From positions 1-16,000 of the forward strand of contig CAXHJY010001032.1 in the NCBI GenBank assembly GCA_964016885.1: DNA of 16,000 nucleotides, written 5' to 3'. A program made the position numbers and the translations under genes. The notes beneath the pieces are model-generated. The model had not been told where the DNA came from, did no database searches, and saw nothing but the letters and a program-made list of their open reading frames with translations. The stretch comes from Eledone cirrhosa. Taxonomy: Eukaryota. How positions within the stretch are numbered: the first letter of the stretch is position 1; every line of letters begins with the position of its first letter. Below, piece after piece: positions 9,882 to 16,000 of the stretch.

Positions 9882-12800
9882 CAAGGAGAGGTAATTTCTA
9901 GCCGTCCAAGGGGAGATAATTTCCAGCCGTCCAAGGGGAGATAATTTCCAGCCGTCCAAGGGGAGATAATTTTTTTAAAAAAATCAGGCGGAGATAATTT
10001 GTAAAAAAAAAATCAGGGGGAGATAATTTGTAAAAAAAAATCAGTGGGAGATAATTTGTAAAAAAAAATCAGGGGGAGATAATTTGTAAAAAAAATCAAG
10101 GGGAGATAATTTCCAGCCGTGCAAGGGGAGATAATTTCCAGCCGTCCAAGGGGAGATAATTTACATCCTTCCAAGGGGAGATAATTTCCAGCCGTCCAAG
10201 GGGAGATAATTTCCCGCCAGCCAAGGGAAGATAATTTTTAAAAAAATCAGGGGGAGATAATTTGTAAAAAAAAAATCAGGGGGAGATAATTTGTAAAAAA
10301 AAATCAAGGGGAGATAATTTGTAAAAAAAATCAGGGGGAGATAATTTGTAAAAAAAATCAGGGGGAGATAATTTGTAAAAAAATCAGGGGGAGATAATTT
10401 GTAAAAAAAAAATCAGGGGGAGATAATTTGTAAAAAAAATCAAGGGGAGATAATTTGTAAAAAAAAATCAGGGGGAGATAATTTGTAAAAAAAATCAGGG
10501 GGAGATAATTTGTAAAAAAAATCAGGGGGAGATAATTTGTAAAAAAAATCAGGGGGAGATAATTTGTAAAAAAAATCAGGGGGAGATAATTTGTAAAAAA
10601 AATCAGGGGGAGATAATTTGTAAAAAAAAATCAGGGGGAGATAATTTGTAAAAAAAATCAGGGGGAGATAATTTGTAAAAAAAATCAGGGGGAGATAATT
10701 TGTAAAAAAAATCAAGGGGAGATAATTTGCAGCCGTCCAAGGGGAGATAATTTTCAGCCGTCCAAGGAGAGGTAATTTCTAGCCGTCCAAGGGGAGATAA
10801 TTTCCAGCCGTCCAAGGGGAGATAATTTCCAGCCGTCCAAGGGGAGATAATTTTTTTAAAAAAATCAGGCGGAGATAATTTGTAAAAAAAAAATCAGGGG
10901 GAGATAATTTGTAAAAAAAAATCAGTGGGAGATAATTTGTAAAAAAAAATCAGGGGGAGATAATTTGTAAAAAAAAATCAGGGGGAGATAATTTGTAAAA
11001 AAATCAAGGGGAGATAATTTCCAGCCGTCCAAGGGGAGATAATTTTCAGCCGTCCAAGGAGAGGTAATTTCTAGCCGTCCAAGGGGAGATAATTTCCAGC
11101 CGTCCAAGGGGAGATAATTTCCAGCCGTCCAAGGGGAGATAATTTCCAGCCGTCCAAGGAGACATATTTTCCAGCCGTCCAAGGAGAGGTAATTTCTAGC
11201 CGTCCAAGGGGAGATAAATTCCTGCCTCCAAGGGGAGATAATTTCCAGCCAGCCAAGGGGAGATAATTTGTAAAAAAATCAGGGGGAGATAATTTGTAAA
11301 AAAAATCAGGGGGAGATAATTTGTAAAAAAAAATCAGGGGGAGATAATTTGTAAAAAAAAATCAGGGAAGATAATTTGTAAAAAAAATCAGGGGAAGATA
11401 ATTTGTAAAAAAAATCAAGGGGAGATAATTTCCAGCCGTCCAAGGGGAGATAATTTTCAGCCGTCCAAGGAGAGGTAATTTCTAGCCGTCCAAGGAGAGA
11501 TAATTTCCAGCCGTCCAAGGGGAGATAATTTCCAGCCGTCCAAGGGGAGATGATTTTTTAAAAAAAATCAGGCGGAGATAAGTTGTAAAAAAAAATCAGG
11601 GGGAGATAATTTGTAAAAAAAAATCAGGGGGAGATAATTTGTAAAAAAAAATCAGGGGGAGATAATTTGTAAAAAAAATCAAGGGGAGATAATTTCCAGC
11701 CGTCCAAGGGAAGATAATTTCCAGCCCTCCAAGGGGCTATAATTTCCAGCGTCCAAGGGGAGATAATTTCCAGCCAGCGAAGGGGAGATAATTTTTTAAA
11801 AAAAATCACTGGGATATTTGTAAAAAAAATCAGGGGGAGATAATTTGTAAAAAAAATCAAGGGGAGATAATTTCCAGCCGTCCAAAGAGAGATAATTTCT
11901 AGCCGTCCAAGGGGAGATAATTTCCAGCCTTCCAAGGGGAGATAATTTTTTAAAAAATCAGGTGGAGATAATTTGTAAAAAAAATCAGTGGAGGATAATT
12001 TGTAAAAACAAAATCAAGGGCAGATAATTTCCAGCCGTCCAAGGGGAGATAATTTCCCGCCAGCCAAGGGAAGATAATATTTAAAAAAATCAGGCGGAGA
12101 TAATTTGTAAAAAAAATCAGGGGGAGATAATTTGTAAAAAAATCAGGGGGAGATAATTTGTAAAAGAAAAATCAGGGGGAGATAATTTGTAAAAAAAATC
12201 AGGGGGAGATAATTTGTAAAAAAAATCAGGGGTAGATAATTTGTAAAAAAAAATCAGGGGGAGATAATTTGTAAAAAAAAATCAGGGGGAGATAATTTGT
12301 AAAAAAAATCAAGGGGAGATAATTTGCAGCCGTCCAAGGGGAGATAATTTTCAGCCGTCCAAGGAGAGATAATTTCTAGCCGTCCAAGGGGAGATAATTT
12401 CCAGCCGTCCAAGGGGAGATAATTTCCAGCCGTCCAAGGGGAGATAATTTTTTTTAAAAAATCAAGCGGAGATAATTTGTAAAAAAAAAATCAGGGGGAG
12501 ATAATTTGTAAAAAAAAATCAGGGGGAGATAATTTGTAAAAAAAAATCAGGGGGAGATAATTTGTAAAAAAAATCAAGGGGAGATAATTTCCAGCCGTCC
12601 AAGGGAAGATAATTTCCAGCCGTCCAAGGGAAGATAATTTCCAGCCCTCCAAGGGGCTATAATTTCCAGCGTCCAAGGGGAGATAATTTCCAGCCAGCGA
12701 AGGGGAGATAATTTTTTTTTTAAAAATCAGGGGGAGATAATTTGTAAAAAAAATCAGGGGGAGATAATTTGTAAAAAAAAATCAGGGGGAGATAATTTGT

Positions 12801-15800
12801 AAAAAAAAATCAGGGGGAGATAATTTGTAAAAAAAATCAAGGGGAGATAATTTCCAGCCGTGCAAGGGAGATAATTTCCAGCCGTCCAAGGGGAGATAAT
12901 TTACATCCTTCCAAGGGGAGATAATTTCCAGCCGTCCAAGGGGAGATAATTTCCCGCCAGCCAAGGGAAGATAATTTTTAAAAAAATCAGGGGGAGATAA
13001 TTTGTAAAAAAAAAATCAGGGGGAGATAATTTGTAAAAAAAAATCAAGGGGAGATAATTTGTAAAAAAAATCAGGGGGAGATAATTTGTAAAAAAAATCA
13101 GGGGGAGATAATTTGTAAACAAATCAGGGGGAGATAATTTGTAAAAAAAAAATCAGGGGGAGATAATTTGTAAAAAAAAATCAAGGGGAGATAATTTGTA
13201 AAAAAAAATCAGGGGGAGATAATTTGTAAAAAAAAATCAGGGGGAGATAATTTGTAAAAAAAATCAAGGGGAGATAATTTGCAGCCGTCCAAGGGGAGAT
13301 AATTTTCAGCCGTCCAAGGAGAGATAATTTCTAGCCGTCCAAGGGGAGATAATTTCCAGCCAGCGAAGGGGAGATAATTTTTTTTTTAAAAATCAGGGGG
13401 AGATAATTTGTAAAAAAAATCAGGGGGAGATAATTTGTAAAAAAAAATCAGGGGGAGATAATTTGTAAAAAAAAATCAGGGGGAGATAATTTGTAAAAAA
13501 AATCAAGGGGAGATAATTTCCAGCCGTGCAAGGGAGATAATTTCCAGCCGTCCAAGGGGAGATAATTTACATCCTTCCAAGGGGAGATAATTTCCAGCCG
13601 TCCAAGGGGAGATAATTTCCCGCCAGCCAAGGGAAGATAATTTTTAAAAAAATCAGGGGGAGATAATTTGTAAAAAAAAAATCAGGGGGAGATAATTTGT
13701 AAAAAAAAATCAAGGGGAGATAATTTGTAAAAAAAATCAGGGGGAGATAATTTGTAAAAAAAATCAGGGGGAGATAATTTGTAAACAAATCAGGGGGAGA
13801 TAATTTGTAAAAAAAAAATCAGGGGGAGATAATTTGTAAAAAAAAATCAAGGGGAGATAATTTGTAAAAAAAAATCAGGGGGAGATAATTTGTAAAAAAA
13901 AATCAGGGGGAGATAATTTGTAAAAAAAATCAAGGGGAGATAATTTGCAGCCGTCCAAGGGGAGATAATTTTCAGCCGTCCAAGGAGAGATAATTTCTAG
14001 CCGTCCAAGGGGAGATAATTTCCAGCCGTCCAAGGGGAGATAATTTCCAGCCGTCCAAGGGGAGATAATTTTTTTTAAAAAATCAAGCGGAGATAATTTG
14101 TAAAAAAAAAATCAGGGGGAGATAATTTGTAAAAAAAAATCAGGGGGAGATAATTTGTAAAAAAAAATCAGGGGGAGATAATTTGTAAAAAAAATCAAGG
14201 GGAGATAATTTCCAGCCGTCCAAGGGAAGATAATTTCCAGCCCTCCAAGGGGCTATAATTTCCAGCGTCCAAGGGGAGATAATTTCCAGCCAGCGAAGGG
14301 GAGATAATTTTTTTTTTAAAAATCATGCGGGGATAATTTGTAAAAAAAATCAGGGGGAGATAATTTGTAAAAAAAATCAAGGGGAGATAATTTCCAGCCG
14401 TCCAAAGAGAGATAATTTCTAGCCGTCCAAGGGGAGATAATTTCCAGCCGTCCAAGGGGAGATAATTTCCCGCCAGCCAAGGGAAGATAATTTTTTAAAA
14501 AATCAGGCGGAGATTGTAAAAAAAATCAGGGGGAGATAATTTGTAAAAAAATCAGGGGGGGATAATTTGTAAAAAAAAAATCAGGGGGAGATAATTTGTA
14601 AAAAAAAATCAGAGGGAGATAATTTGTAAAAAAAATCAGGGAGAGATAATTTGTAAAAAAAATCAGGGGTAGATAATTTGTAAAAAAAATCAGGGGGAGA
14701 TAATTTGTAAAAAAAAATCAGGGGGAGATAATTTGTAAAAAAAATCAAGGGGAGATAATTTGCAGCCGTCCAAGGGGAGATAATTTCCCGCCAGCCAAGG
14801 GAAGATAATTTTTTAAAAAATCAGGCGGAGATTGTAAAAAAAATCAGGGGGAGATAATTTGTAAAAAAAATCAAGGGGAGATAATTTCCAGCCGTCCAAG
14901 GGAAGATAATTTCCAGCCCTCCAAGGGGCTATAATTTCCAGCGTCCAAGGGGAGATAATTTCCAGCCAGCGAAGGGGAGATAATTTTTTTTTTAAAAATC
15001 ATGCGGGGATAATTTGTAAAAAAAATCAGGGGGAGATAATTTGTAAAAAAAATCAAGGGGAGATAATTTCCAGCCGTCCAAAGAGAGATAATTTCTAGCC
15101 GTCCAAGGGGAGATAATTTCCAGCCGTCCAAGGGGAGATAATTTCCCGCCAGCCAAGGGAAGATAATTTTTTAAAAAATCAGGCGGAGATTGTAAAAAAA
15201 ATCAGGGGGAGATAATTTGTAAAAAAAATCAGGGGGAGATAATTTGTAAAAAAAATCAGGGGGAGATAATTTGTAAAAAAAAATCAGGGGGAGATAATTT
15301 GTAAAAAAAAATCAGGGGGAGATAATTTGTAAAAAAATCAGGGGGAGATAATTTGTAAAAAAAATCAGGGGGAGATAATTTGTAAAAAAAATCAAGGGGA
15401 GATAATTTGCAGCCGTCCAAGGGGAGATAATTTTCAGCCGTCCAAGGAGAGGTAATTTCTAGCCGTCCAAGGGGAGATAATTTCCAGCCGTCCAAGGGGA
15501 GATAATTTCCAGCCGTCCAAGGGGAGATAATTTTTTTTAAAAAATCAGGCGGAGATAATTTGTAAAAAAAAATCAGGGGGAGATAATTTGTAAAAAAAAA
15601 TCAGTGGGAGATAATTTGTAAAAAAAAATCAGGGGGAGATAATTTGTAAAAAAAATCAAGGGGAGATAATTTCCAGCCGTCCAAGGGAAGATAATTTCCA
15701 GCCCTCCAAGAGGCTATAATTTCCAGCGTCCAAGGGGAGATAATTTCCAGCCAGCGAAGGGGAGATAATTTTTTTTTAAAAAATCATGGGGGGATAATTT

Positions 15801-16000
15801 GTAAAAAAAATCAAGGGGAGATAATTTGCAGCCGTCCAAGGGGAGATAATTTTCAGCCGTCCAAGGAGAGGTAATTTCTAGCCGTCCAAGGGGAGATAAT
15901 TTCCAGCCGTCCAAGGGGAGATAATTTCCAGCCGTCCAAGGGGAGATAATTTTTTTAAAAAAATCAGGCGGAGATAATTTGTAAAAAAAAAATCAGGGGG
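9882..16000. repeat. Second, window-truncated copy of the 9881-bp higher-order unit (equivalent to 1-6119)
   Basis: Rare private variants recur at +9881: gatgatttttt (1671/11552), tcactgggatatttg (1926/11807), taaaagaaaa (2280/12161), taaacaaatc (3235/13116 and 3901/13782). The window end matches position 6119. Confidence 0.97.

Larger units (their letters stand above)
1..16000. repeat. Composite satellite-like tandem array of two monomer types (25-bp type A, 26-29-bp type B) sharing the core CARGGGGAGATAATTT; extends beyond both window edges
   Basis: GGGGAGATAATTT or a 1-3 base variant recurs head-to-tail every 25-29 bp on the + strand from the first to the last line. Type A is CAAGGGGAGATAATTTCCAGCCGTC; type B is CAGGGGGAGATAATTTGTA(7-10)T. 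No inversion or unique insertion seen. Confidence 0.99.

Noticed and set aside
559-15914. All listed minus-strand ORFs (60-120 aa; motifs such as DGWKLSPLGRLEIISPWTAGNYLPL and FFYKLSPPD)
   Set aside because: They are translations of the repeat. The 25-bp period cycles through frames, homopolymer length changes switch frame at random, overlapping frames give the same peptides, and most starts appear to be alternative codons (TTG/CTG). The minus-strand bias arises because the + strand has TAA in nearly every monomer.
1-16000. CRISPR array (constant repeat with intervening spacers)
   Set aside because: The core is only 16 bp, and linkers are 9-13 bp of two or three recurring types rather than unique 26-72 bp spacers. 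No leader or cas genes in the window.
1-16000. Long repeat protein on the minus strand under TGA=Trp code or by frameshifting
   Set aside because: TAA at TTTAAA junctions and TAG from CTAG variants remain, and free non-triplet length variation shows no reading-frame constraint.
1-16000. Telomerase-synthesised telomeric repeat (long 25-bp yeast type)
   Set aside because: Two linker types, ordered variant cassettes and kilobase higher-order structure do not fit copying from one template, and I do not recognise a match to a known telomeric repeat. A subtelomeric location is not excluded.
1-16000. Plasmid iterons or bacterial origin
   Set aside because: Iteron clusters are typically a few copies next to a rep gene; here there are hundreds of copies with no gene and no DnaA boxes seen.

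Overview
The whole 16 kb window is one non-coding, strand-asymmetric tandem repeat array (satellite-like DNA, roughly 600 monomers estimated from 16000/26). I see no genes, RNA genes, mobile elements or unique sequence. Every monomer carries the same 16-bp core, CA(A/G)GGGGAGATAATTT, followed by one of two linkers: a GC-rich CCAGCCGTC (type A monomer, 25 bp) or GT-A(7-10)-T (type B monomer, 26-29 bp). A and B monomers form alternating blocks, about 34 A/B block pairs per higher-order unit, joined by stereotyped junction monomers. The A blocks come from about five recurrent cassettes of ordered variants. Above this lie nested duplications (offsets 666, 676, 881 and about 5126 bp) and a 9881-bp higher-order repeat: 1-6119 recurs at 9882-16000 with no difference that I could detect. 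The listed ORFs are by-products of the repeat. The host organism and function cannot be determined from the sequence; functional ideas below are inference.
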